Shown here: positions 21,965 to 30,423 of the stretch, piece after piece
Position numbering within the stretch: position 1 is the stretch's first letter
Layout of the letters: every line of letters starts with the position of its first letter
NCBI GenBank assembly: GCA_963703945.1
Contig: CAVPGM010000045.1
Location: 50,851 to 114,850 of the forward strand
Source: an uncultured beta proteobacterium
GTDB lineage: Bacteria; Pseudomonadota; Gammaproteobacteria; Burkholderiales; Burkholderiaceae_F
Reading direction: 5' to 3'
Length of the DNA stretch: 64,000 nt
Notes under the pieces: generated by a model
The model's input: the letters and a program-made list of their open reading frames with translations, nothing else
Databases searched by the model: none
Told to the model about the DNA's origin: nothing
Position numbers and translations under genes: made by a program

Positions 21965-24061
21965 AGCGGATTGGACCGCGGGCGGAACGCCCGTATCGCG
22001 CGCCGCAACGCGCGAATGTCGTCACGTGTCGCGGTCTCGGATGCCGGTCCGTAGCGCAGCCGTTCGTAGCGCGACAAAAGGCGTCGTGCGGTCTTCACAT
22101 CCTCCTCGATCAGCGCGCGCTTCGTCCGCACGTAGAGCTCTCGCGGTCCACATGACACGGCGGCCGCCACGCCGGCCTGTTCGAGCCGGTCGCGCAGCAA
22201 CTGAAACGACGCGCCCAACGGATCGCGCACCGTACGCGGTCGCATCGAGACCCACGCCAGCCACCCCAGCATGACGCTGACTGCGAGCGCCAGCGCCAGC
22301 GCGACGTTCTCCAGGCTCGGGGCGAGACCCAGCCTTTCGACCAGCGCGCGCTGGCGCTCCTGCGAATACGAAATCACCCACTGGTTCCAGCCGTTTTGCA
22401 AAGCCTCCCAATTGAAGCGCAGCGAACGCAGCCAGGCGACATCGCTGCCAAGCGCCGGCATCGCACGCCCGGCCTGGCGCGCGATCTCGACCGCGCCGCG
22501 CTCGATGCGAAGCGGCGCCACGACGGCGGTCGGATCGACCCGCACCCAGCCCTGACCTTTCAGCCACACTTCCGTCCACGCGTGCGCGTCGGCCTGCCGG
22601 ATGGTCATGAAGCCATCGACCGGATTGAGTTCGCCGCCCTGGTAGCCGGTGACGACGCGCGCCGGGACATCGAGGGCGCGCATCAGAAACGCGAATGCCG
22701 AGGCGTAGTGTTCGCAATACCCGAGTCGGGTATCGAACAGGAAATCGTCGACGGAGTTGCGGCCCAGCGGAGGCGGCGCCACCGTGTACTCGTAGCCGCC
22801 GGTGCGCAGGTGATCCAGCGCAGCCCGTACGAGTTGCACGTCGGACTCGGCGCGACCGTTCGAACCGGGCGCGACGCGGGCGCGCAATTCCGCAGCGAAC
22901 TGTCGCGTGCGAGGGTTGTAGCCGGTCGGAAGTTTCAGCGCGTCCTGCAAGTCGTCGGGCGCTGCGCGGACCGCCATCCGGTAGCTGGTGTACGAGCGCA
23001 TGTCGTAGCGGATGCGCTCGGTGATCAGTCCATTGGCCAGCATCTGCATGTCGGCCGGTGAAGCGCGCCTGGTGCTGGGGCAGCACCGGCAATCCGGCGG
23101 GAGCCTCCAGGCCGAACAGCCAGTCGCGCTTGTGCGGTTCCAGCGTGACCGAGTAGGAAACCGCCGAACGCGGGTCGGCGTCGATCGTCACCACCGGAGC
23201 GTCGAACGCACGCTGGCCGAGCAGCGGCGTCCAGCTGCGCCCGTTGAACTGCGTGAACACGGGGCCGCGCCAGTAAAGCTGATCATTGGTCGGCACGCGC
23301 GCATCGAAGCGGACGCGGAACGCAACGGCGTCGGACTCGAGCAGTCGGCTGATGCTGCCCGGCGACATCGAATTCGACAGTCCCGTATTGGCCAGGCTGG
23401 AATCGCCCGGCATGCCCCACAGCGGACCGGAGATACGCGGAAACAGAACGAACAGCGCGGCCGTCAGCGGCAGCGACTTGAGGAGCGTGATCCCGACCAG
23501 CTTCAGCTTGCGTGCGGCCGGCAGGTCGACTTCGTCGAGGTTCACGCCGACCAGCACGAAGAACAGCGCGATGACCGCGGTCACGGCGATCGCCGCCACC
23601 GGCATATCCTGGCTGTACAGAAACTGCGTCAGCAGAATAAAGAACGACAGGAAGATGACGACGAAGATGTCGCGCCGCGCGCGCATCTCGAGCAGCTTGA
23701 GCGCCATCAGCATCAGCAGGAAGGTGACTCCCGCCTCCTGTCCGGCCAGCGTGCGGTACTGCAGGTAGACGGCGGCGGCAGTCGCGAGCAGCAGCGGCAG
23801 CATGACGAAGCGTCCGGGCAGCGGGCGCTGGGCGAGTGTCAGCCATACGCGCCATACCAGCAGCAACGCCAGCACAGAGTTGGCCCACCACGCCAGGTGC
23901 TCCATGTGCGGGGCGACGACAAGGCCGACGGCCAGCAGCAGCACCAGCATGTCGCGGCGCTCGCGTGCTGCGCTCGAGGCCTGCGGACCGAACAGGCGGA
24001 CGACCGGTCCCAGCCAGCGTATGAGTGTCTGACGGCTCGATGCCGCGGCCGCTGGGTTCAT
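21961..24061 (-). pseudogene. Transglutaminase-domain membrane protein (TgpA-like, DUF3488 + transglutaminase core), frameshifted near 23053
   Basis: The N-terminal multi-TM half is in the frame of ORF 22022..24061 up to ...PVLPQHQARFTG. The C-terminal half (DMQMLANGLITERIRY...GYCEHYASAFAFLMRALDVPARVVTGYQGG...DAHAWTEVW) is in the frame of ORF 21961..23049. The span is 2101 nt = 3n+1. Confidence 0.85.
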
Positions 24062-24062
24062 C

Positions 24063-25076
24063 TCAGCCCTGATACAGCGCGAGCGCGGTCAGGCAATGCT
24101 CGCGGTGGCGCGGGCCGCTGCCGGCAAACACCATCGAGCCGGGAACGCGCAGCCCATAGCGCGCGTGCGCCGCGTCGGCATCGAGCACCCAGCGGGTGAG
24201 GCGTGCCAGCTTGTGTTCGACGTCGAAGTGCGGCGGCAGGCTATCGAAGTCGAGCATCAGATCGCCGCCGCCCAATGCCTCGAACTGCTTGACCGACAGT
24301 TCGTCGGAGCGCGCGGCCAGGCGCCAGGCGATCATCTTCTGCGGGTCGCCCGGGGTATAGGGACGCACACCGGCAAAGTCGTCCCCAGACGAGGCGAGCC
24401 CGATCCCTTCACCGCCACCGGCGCCGGTGATCGGCAGCGGCGGTGCGTCGACTTCGGGGGCCGGATAGACCATCGCCGTCAGTGCCGGAGTCAGATAGGC
24501 CCACGCCCGCCACAGGCCGAATGGAAAGCGGGTTTCGATGACGATCCGCGGGGCGGGCAGGCGGCCGCGCTGCGGCGCGGCCAGCGGAACGCCGATGTTG
24601 CGGTCGCCGCGCGCCGGAATCTCGCTCGAGACCGCCGTGGTCGTGGGTGCGCGTCGCGACCGCCACGAAAACCACCGTGGCGAACTGGCCGGATCGATGA
24701 AGGCGAACCGCAATGCGAAGCGGTCGACCGTCGTTGGGTTGGTCGCGGTGACCTGGAAGATCGCCACGTCGCCGGCGAAGACCGGCTCGACGCGCACGCC
24801 CCGCAGCACGATCTGCGCGAGATTGGCATGGGTCGTGTGCATGCCCACCACCGCCATGCTGGCCACCAGGAAGGTCAGCATGTATCCGAGTTGCAGGCTG
24901 TAGTTGATCGAGCCGATCAGCAGGGCCAGGATCGCCGCTCCGAACAGCAGTCCCGGTTTGGTCGGCAGGATGTAGACGCGGCGGCGGTCGAGCACGACCG
25001 AACCGGTCTCGGGTCCGAGACGTCCGGCGATCCACTGACCGAGGCGCACGGCCAGCGGGTGCGTGGTCACGCTCAT
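24063..25076 (-). CDS. DUF58 domain-containing protein (MoxR-associated, vWA-like)
   Basis: 337 aa with an N-terminal two-TM hairpin. It sits in the classic position between the MoxR ATPase and the transglutaminase protein. Confidence 0.8.
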   Translation of the reverse strand: MSVTTHPLAVRLGQWIAGRLGPETGSVVLDRRRVYILPTKPGLLFGAAILALLIGSINYSLQLGYMLTFLVASMAVVGMHTTHANLAQIVLRGVRVEPVFAGDVAIFQVTATNPTTVDRFALRFAFIDPASSPRWFSWRSRRAPTTTAVSSEIPARGDRNIGVPLAAPQRGRLPAPRIVIETRFPFGLWRAWAYLTPALTAMVYPAPEVDAPPLPITGAGGGEGIGLASSGDDFAGVRPYTPGDPQKMIAWRLAARSDELSVKQFEALGGGDLMLDFDSLPPHFDVEHKLARLTRWVLDADAAHARYGLRVPGSMVFAGSGPRHREHCLTALALYQG

Positions 25077-25101
25077 CGCTCTGGCCTCGCAGCGACTCGG
25101 C

Positions 25102-26025
25102 TCACGGCACCGGAACGGCGCCGATCAACTGACTGACCAGCTCCCTGCCGTGCAGCGCACGTCCGCTGTCGCGACTGACCGCATGCAGGCGATGGCCGGC
25201 GACCGCCGGCATCACGTTCTGCACATCCTCCGGGATCACGTGATTGCGCCCGTCCAGCCAGGCCCACGCACGCGCCGCGGCGAGCAAAGCAAGACCGCCG
25301 CGCGGCGACAGACCCTCGGCATACTTTCCCGAAGCGCGTGTATGACCCATCAGTGCCTGGACATAGTCCAGCAGTGCCGCCGAAACGAACACCCGCTTGA
25401 CCTCGGCCTGGGCCGCGATCAGGTCGCCGGGTCTGGCCACGGCCGAAAGCGCCTTCAGCATGTCGCGCCGGGGCTCGCCCGACAGCAGGGCGCGCTCCGC
25501 CGCGCGGTCCGGGTACCCGAGGCTGATGCACATCAGGAAGCGATCAAGCTGGGACTCGGGCAGCGGAAAAGTGCCGACCTGCGACAGCGGATTCTGCGTG
25601 GCGATCACGAAGAACGGATGCGGCAGCGGTCGCGACAGGCCGTCGGTCGAGACCTGGCTCTCCTCCATCGCTTCGAGCAGCGCGCTCTGAGTCTTCGGGC
25701 TGGCACGGTTGATCTCGTCGGCCAGCAGCACTTCGGTGAAGATCGGACCCGGATGAAAGACGAACTGGCCGGTGGCCCGGTCGTATACCGACACGCCGAT
25801 GACGTCGGACGGCAGCAGGTCGCTGGTGAACTGGATCCGTCGGAACGGCAGTCCGAGCGAAAGCGCGAGCGCGTGCGCCAGTGTCGTCTTGCCGACACCC
25901 GGCGCATCCTCGATCAGCAGGTGGCCGCCGGCGAGCAGGCAGGTCAGGCACTGTCTGATCTGCAGGCTCTTGCCGACGATCACGCTGCCGATCTGACTGG
26001 CGGTCGCGCGGAATTTCTCTAACAT
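25102..26025 (-). CDS. MoxR-family AAA+ ATPase
   Basis: 307 aa. Walker A EDAPGVGKT, Walker B LLADEINRASPKTQSALLEAMEE, and a typical MoxR (AAA_3) layout. Confidence 0.9.
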   Translation of the reverse strand: MLEKFRATASQIGSVIVGKSLQIRQCLTCLLAGGHLLIEDAPGVGKTTLAHALALSLGLPFRRIQFTSDLLPSDVIGVSVYDRATGQFVFHPGPIFTEVLLADEINRASPKTQSALLEAMEESQVSTDGLSRPLPHPFFVIATQNPLSQVGTFPLPESQLDRFLMCISLGYPDRAAERALLSGEPRRDMLKALSAVARPGDLIAAQAEVKRVFVSAALLDYVQALMGHTRASGKYAEGLSPRGGLALLAAARAWAWLDGRNHVIPEDVQNVMPAVAGHRLHAVSRDSGRALHGRELVSQLIGAVPVP

Positions 26026-26084
26026 TGGTTCAGGCGCCCAGGTCGCATCGGGAGCGCGACCCAGCGGATGGGCAGGAAGGAAAC

Positions 26085-27011
26085 ATGCTTCAGACCGGTT
26101 TCTTCACGCACGGTGCCTGCTCGGCGCATGAAATGGGATCGTGGCACCCCGAAAGTCCGGAACGGCTGGCTGCGATACACGATCATCTGATCTCGACCGG
26201 CATCGCCCCACACCTGCAGCATTACGACGCGCCGGCCGCATCCGAGGAAGCGCTGGGTCGCGCCCATGACGCCGCCTACATCGACCGGCTGAAATCCAGC
26301 GTACCACAGCAGGGATACTGGCCGGTCGATCCCGATACCTCGATGAATCCGCACACGTGGGCGGCGGCGCTGCGTTCCGCAGGCGCGGTCATCGAGGCCG
26401 CCGACCGCGTCATTGCGCGCGAACTCGGCAATGCGTTCTGCGCGGTGCGGCCGCCGGGCCATCACGCCAGCAAGGCGGCCGCGATGGGATTCTGCTTCTT
26501 CAACAACGTTGCCGTGGGCACCCGCCATGCACTCGAGGTGCACGGCCTGCAGCGGGTCGCGGTCATCGACTTCGACGTCCATCACGGCAACGGGACCGAG
26601 GACATACTCGCCGGGGACGAGCGTGTGCTGATGGTCAGTTTCTTCCAGCATCCTTTCTACCCGTACACCGGAGCAGAACAGTTGGCAAATAACATGGTGA
26701 ATGTGCCGCTTCCGGCCGGAACCAAGGGCGACGTGGTGCGGCAGGTGGTCGACGAGGTCTGGCTGCCGAGATTGCGCCAGTTCCGGCCGCAGATGCTGTT
26801 CATTTCGGCCGGCTTCGACGCGCATCGGGAGGATGACCTCGGTCAGATGGGGCTGGTCGAAGCCGACTACGTTTACATCACGCGCAGGCTGATGGAGGTC
26901 GCGGATGAGTTCGGCGAAGGACGGATCGTCAGTTCACTGGAAGGTGGCTACAACCTGAGTGCGCTCGCGCGCAGCGTTGGAGCGCACCTGAAGACGCTGG
27001 CTCAACTGTGA
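26085..27011 (+). CDS. Histone deacetylase-family (acetoin utilisation / acetylpolyamine amidohydrolase-like) protein
   Basis: Conserved from MLQTGFFTH... within ORF 26025..27011. Motifs RPPGHHA and DFDVHHGNGT. Confidence 0.88.
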   Translation: MLQTGFFTHGACSAHEMGSWHPESPERLAAIHDHLISTGIAPHLQHYDAPAASEEALGRAHDAAYIDRLKSSVPQQGYWPVDPDTSMNPHTWAAALRSAGAVIEAADRVIARELGNAFCAVRPPGHHASKAAAMGFCFFNNVAVGTRHALEVHGLQRVAVIDFDVHHGNGTEDILAGDERVLMVSFFQHPFYPYTGAEQLANNMVNVPLPAGTKGDVVRQVVDEVWLPRLRQFRPQMLFISAGFDAHREDDLGQMGLVEADYVYITRRLMEVADEFGEGRIVSSLEGGYNLSALARSVGAHLKTLAQL

Positions 27012-27037
27012 GCGCCGCCGGGGCGGAGCGCGAACGA

Positions 27038-28693
27038 ATGCCCAAATCCATTTACGACACCGGGCTCGAGAAGAACGCGGCGAACTTCGCGCCGCTGTCG
27101 CCGCTCACCTTCGTCGAGCGCACCGCCACCGTTTTTCCGGACCTGCCGGCGATCGTGCACGGCAGCGGTGAGCGCACGATCCGTCGCACCTGGCGAGAAC
27201 TCGGTGCGCGATCGCGGCAACTCGCGCACGCGCTGGTGAAGGCCGGCATCGGCCGTGGCGATACGGTCGCTGTGATGCTGCCGAACACGCCGGCCATGGT
27301 CGAAGCGCACTACGGCGTTCCGATGGCAGGCGCTGTGCTCAACGCGCTCAACACCCGGCTCGATGCGGCGTCGATCGCGTTCATGCTCGAGCATGGCGAA
27401 GCCCGCGTCGTCATCGTCGATCGCGAGTTCGGTCCGATCGTCCGCGCGGCGCTGGGCGCACGGCGCGACACGGTGCGACTGATCGGTGTCGATGACCCCC
27501 TGTACGAGGGTCCCGAGGCGGTGGCAGGGGGCACGGACTACGAGTCGTTCATTGCGACCGGGTCAGCGGATTTCGCATGGCCGGCGCCAGCCGACGAGTG
27601 GGATGCGATTGCGCTCAACTACACGTCGGGCACGACCGGCAACCCGAAGGGCGTCGTCTACTCGCACCGGGGTGCATATACCAACGCGGTCTCGAACGTG
27701 CTGGTGTGGGCGATGCCGCAGCATCCGGTGTACTTATGGACCCTGCCGATGTTCCACTGCAACGGCTGGTGTTTTCCCTGGACCGTCGCCGCGATGGCGG
27801 GCACGCATGTCTGCCTGCGGCGCATCGACGCCGCAGCGGTGTTCGGCGCGATCCGCGAACACAAAGTGACGCATTACTGCGGTGCGCCGATCGTGCAGTC
27901 GATGCTCGTCAGCGCGCCCGATGAATTGAAGCAGGGCATCGGGCACCGTGTCAGCACGATGGTGGCGGCCGCCGCCCCGCCCGCCTCGATGATCGAAGGT
28001 ATGGACCGCCTCGGTTTCGACCTCACCCACGTGTATGGGCTGACCGAGGTTTACGGTCCGGCGACCGTGTGCGCCAAGCAGCCAGCGTGGGCGAGTCTCG
28101 ACATCGGCGAGCGGGCGATGCTTAACGGACGCCAGGGGGTGCGTTACACGCTCGAGGAGGATGTCGCGGTGCTCGACCCGGAAACGATGCAGCCGGTGCC
28201 GCGGGATGGCGAGACCATTGGTGAGGTGATGTTCCGCGGCAACATCGCGATGAAGGGTTATCTGAAGAACGAGGCGGCGACCCAGGAGGCGTTTGCGGGC
28301 GGGTGGTTTCACTCCGGCGACCTGGCGGTGGTGCATGCCGACGGCTATCTGCGGATCAAGGACCGCAGCAAGGACATCATCATCTCGGGTGGCGAGAACA
28401 TTTCGTCGATCGAGGTCGAGGATGCGCTGTACCGGCATCCCGATGTGATCGCGGCGGCGGTGGTTGCGCAGCCCGATGCGCGCTGGGGCGAGGTGCCGTG
28501 CGCGTTCGTCGAACTGAAGGATGGCTCGCCGCTGACTCCCGAGGCGCTGCTCGCCCATTGCCGCACGCATCTCGCAGGCTTCAAGGTGCCCAAGCGCGTG
28601 GTGTTCGGGCCGCTGCCGAAGACATCGACCGGAAAGATCCAGAAGTTCATGCTCAGGCGGCAGGCGAAATCGGCCTCCGCCATCGACGTCTAG
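27038..28693 (+). CDS. AMP-dependent acyl-CoA synthetase/ligase
   Basis: ORF 27008..28693. AMP-binding motif YTSGTTGNPKGV and C-terminal ...GKIQKFMLR. Confidence 0.9.
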   Translation: MPKSIYDTGLEKNAANFAPLSPLTFVERTATVFPDLPAIVHGSGERTIRRTWRELGARSRQLAHALVKAGIGRGDTVAVMLPNTPAMVEAHYGVPMAGAVLNALNTRLDAASIAFMLEHGEARVVIVDREFGPIVRAALGARRDTVRLIGVDDPLYEGPEAVAGGTDYESFIATGSADFAWPAPADEWDAIALNYTSGTTGNPKGVVYSHRGAYTNAVSNVLVWAMPQHPVYLWTLPMFHCNGWCFPWTVAAMAGTHVCLRRIDAAAVFGAIREHKVTHYCGAPIVQSMLVSAPDELKQGIGHRVSTMVAAAAPPASMIEGMDRLGFDLTHVYGLTEVYGPATVCAKQPAWASLDIGERAMLNGRQGVRYTLEEDVAVLDPETMQPVPRDGETIGEVMFRGNIAMKGYLKNEAATQEAFAGGWFHSGDLAVVHADGYLRIKDRSKDIIISGGENISSIEVEDALYRHPDVIAAAVVAQPDARWGEVPCAFVELKDGSPLTPEALLAHCRTHLAGFKVPKRVVFGPLPKTSTGKIQKFMLRRQAKSASAIDV

Positions 28694-28702
28694 GAGGGTC
28701 CG

Positions 28703-29506
28703 ATGAATGCACCCGAAACCCGCGCCGCAATCGAGCCCTACGTGACGGTCGATCGAAGCGGCGATGGCTGCGTCACTCTGACGCTCAACCGTCCGCAGCA
28801 GTTCAATGCGCTGTCGGAAGAAATGATGGGCGCGCTGCAGGAGGCGCTGGATGCGGTGGCGCGTGACGAGACGGCGCGTGTTGTCGTCCTCGCCGGCCGC
28901 GGCAAGGCGTTCTGTCCCGGGCACGACCTCAAGCAGATGAAGGCAACGCCGTCGGTCGACTACTACCGGAAGGTCTTCGCGCTGTGCACCCGGCTGATGA
29001 TGACGATCCAGCGCATGCCGCAGCCGGTCATTGCGCGCGTGCACGGCATAGCGACGGCGGCCGGGTGCCAGCTGGTCGCGATGTGCGACCTGGCGGTGGC
29101 ATCGTCCGATGCGCGGTTTGCCGTCAGCGGCATCAACGTGGGGTTGTTCTGCTCGACGCCCGGCGTCGCCCTGTCGCGCAACGTCGGCCGCAAGCAGGCG
29201 TTCGAGATGCTGGTCACCGGTGATTTCATCGACGCCGCCACGGCGCAGTCACGCGGACTGGTCAACCGCGTGGTCGAACCCGGCGAACTCGATGCCGAGG
29301 TCGCGCGATTGGTAACCAGCATCATCGCCAAGCCGCGCGTCGCGGTCGCGATGGGCAAGGAACTCTTTTACCGGCAAATTGAGACCGGGATCGAGGCCGC
29401 CTATCAGATCGCCGGCCAGACCATGGCCTGCAACATGATCGACGCGTCGGCGCAGGAGGGCGTGCAGGCATTCATGGAGAAGCGCAAGCCGACCTGGGCG
29501 CCGTGA
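28703..29506 (+). CDS. Enoyl-CoA hydratase/isomerase family protein
   Basis: 267 aa. Crotonase-fold motifs (...VVVLAGRGKAFCPGHDLK..., ...HGIATAAGCQLVAMCDLAVAS...). Confidence 0.88.
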   Translation: MNAPETRAAIEPYVTVDRSGDGCVTLTLNRPQQFNALSEEMMGALQEALDAVARDETARVVVLAGRGKAFCPGHDLKQMKATPSVDYYRKVFALCTRLMMTIQRMPQPVIARVHGIATAAGCQLVAMCDLAVASSDARFAVSGINVGLFCSTPGVALSRNVGRKQAFEMLVTGDFIDAATAQSRGLVNRVVEPGELDAEVARLVTSIIAKPRVAVAMGKELFYRQIETGIEAAYQIAGQTMACNMIDASAQEGVQAFMEKRKPTWAP

Positions 29507-29528
29507 CGCGGCGATCCGCCGCCGGCTG

Positions 29529-30302
29529 TCAGGGCTTGGTCGGTTCCTGCGCTTCGACCGCAGGCGGCGTATTCACGGCGCGCCGCAGGAAGTTCATCAG
29601 CGGCGACTCCGACGCGTCATTCGCGGCCTCGGGTGTCGCCGGCGTCTCGGGCGTAGCGGCGGGACCATTCTTGGCCACCGCCGGTCGCTGCACGCGCGGC
29701 GCAGGTGCTGAAGCGGGCGCGGCGCGAGACTCCGCCGCTGCCGATGGCGGGCGCGTTTCGCTCGGCAGCGGCAGCGCCAGCGTGTAGATCACGAGCGCGG
29801 TCCATCCGGCGACCACGATCACCGGCAGACCGCGGGTCGAAGCCTGGGCAAGGAGGGCGGTCACGGCGCCTTGACGGGCGAACGCCGGCGGGCGTCCGGC
29901 GACCCGTTCAAGCGCGTCTTCCACGCGCTGGCGCTGCAGCTTGAGAGGACCGATGCGGTCACGGGCCGCCCGCAATCCGAGATATGTAGCGCAGACCGCA
30001 CAGAGCCCGAAAATGGCGATGCCGACCAGCAGGCCGCGCTTGCCGGGCAACGGAAGAGTCCACCCTCCGACCAGCACGATCAGATAGGCGGTCAACAGCA
30101 GCGACTGCGCGACCAGCAACCACGACAAGTGCTGACCGAGCGCGGCTGCCGAACCCTGCACCGCTGCGTTCAGGCGATCGAGTTCGCGCTCGAGAGCAGG
30201 CCGGCTGTCAGCCTGCGCGAGTGCCTCATCGGCGGCATTTCGGACTGCATCGGCACTGCCATCGGCCGGCGAAAGTTCGCGCATCGCGTACTCCGTGGAC
30301 AT
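29529..30302 (-). CDS. Hypothetical membrane protein with a Pro/Ala-rich C-terminal tail
   Basis: 257-aa ORF. Soluble N-terminus, about 4 hydrophobic segments (e.g. WLLVAQSLLLTAYLIVLVGGW, LLVGIAIFGLCAVCATYLGL), then a low-complexity P/A/T tail. I recognise no family. Coding status rests on ORF length and TM periodicity only. Confidence 0.45.
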   Translation of the reverse strand: MSTEYAMRELSPADGSADAVRNAADEALAQADSRPALERELDRLNAAVQGSAAALGQHLSWLLVAQSLLLTAYLIVLVGGWTLPLPGKRGLLVGIAIFGLCAVCATYLGLRAARDRIGPLKLQRQRVEDALERVAGRPPAFARQGAVTALLAQASTRGLPVIVVAGWTALVIYTLALPLPSETRPPSAAAESRAAPASAPAPRVQRPAVAKNGPAATPETPATPEAANDASESPLMNFLRRAVNTPPAVEAQEPTKP

Positions 30303-30423
30303 CGTCTGAACGGAGTTTCGGCAGTCGGGTCACACGCAGGGATCGCCCGTCCGGGGGAGGGCGCCTCACTTCCTCGGGCGATGGCTGGCGCTTGCCGTCT
30401 GCGCCAAGCCGATAGCGCGCGGC

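Noticed and set aside
22022-23050. Arg/Ala/Gly-rich C-terminal half of ORF 22022..24061 as a novel low-complexity domain
   Set aside because: It is out-of-frame read-through after the frameshift at about 23053. The real C-terminal transglutaminase domain is in the overlapping frame (ORF 21961..23049).
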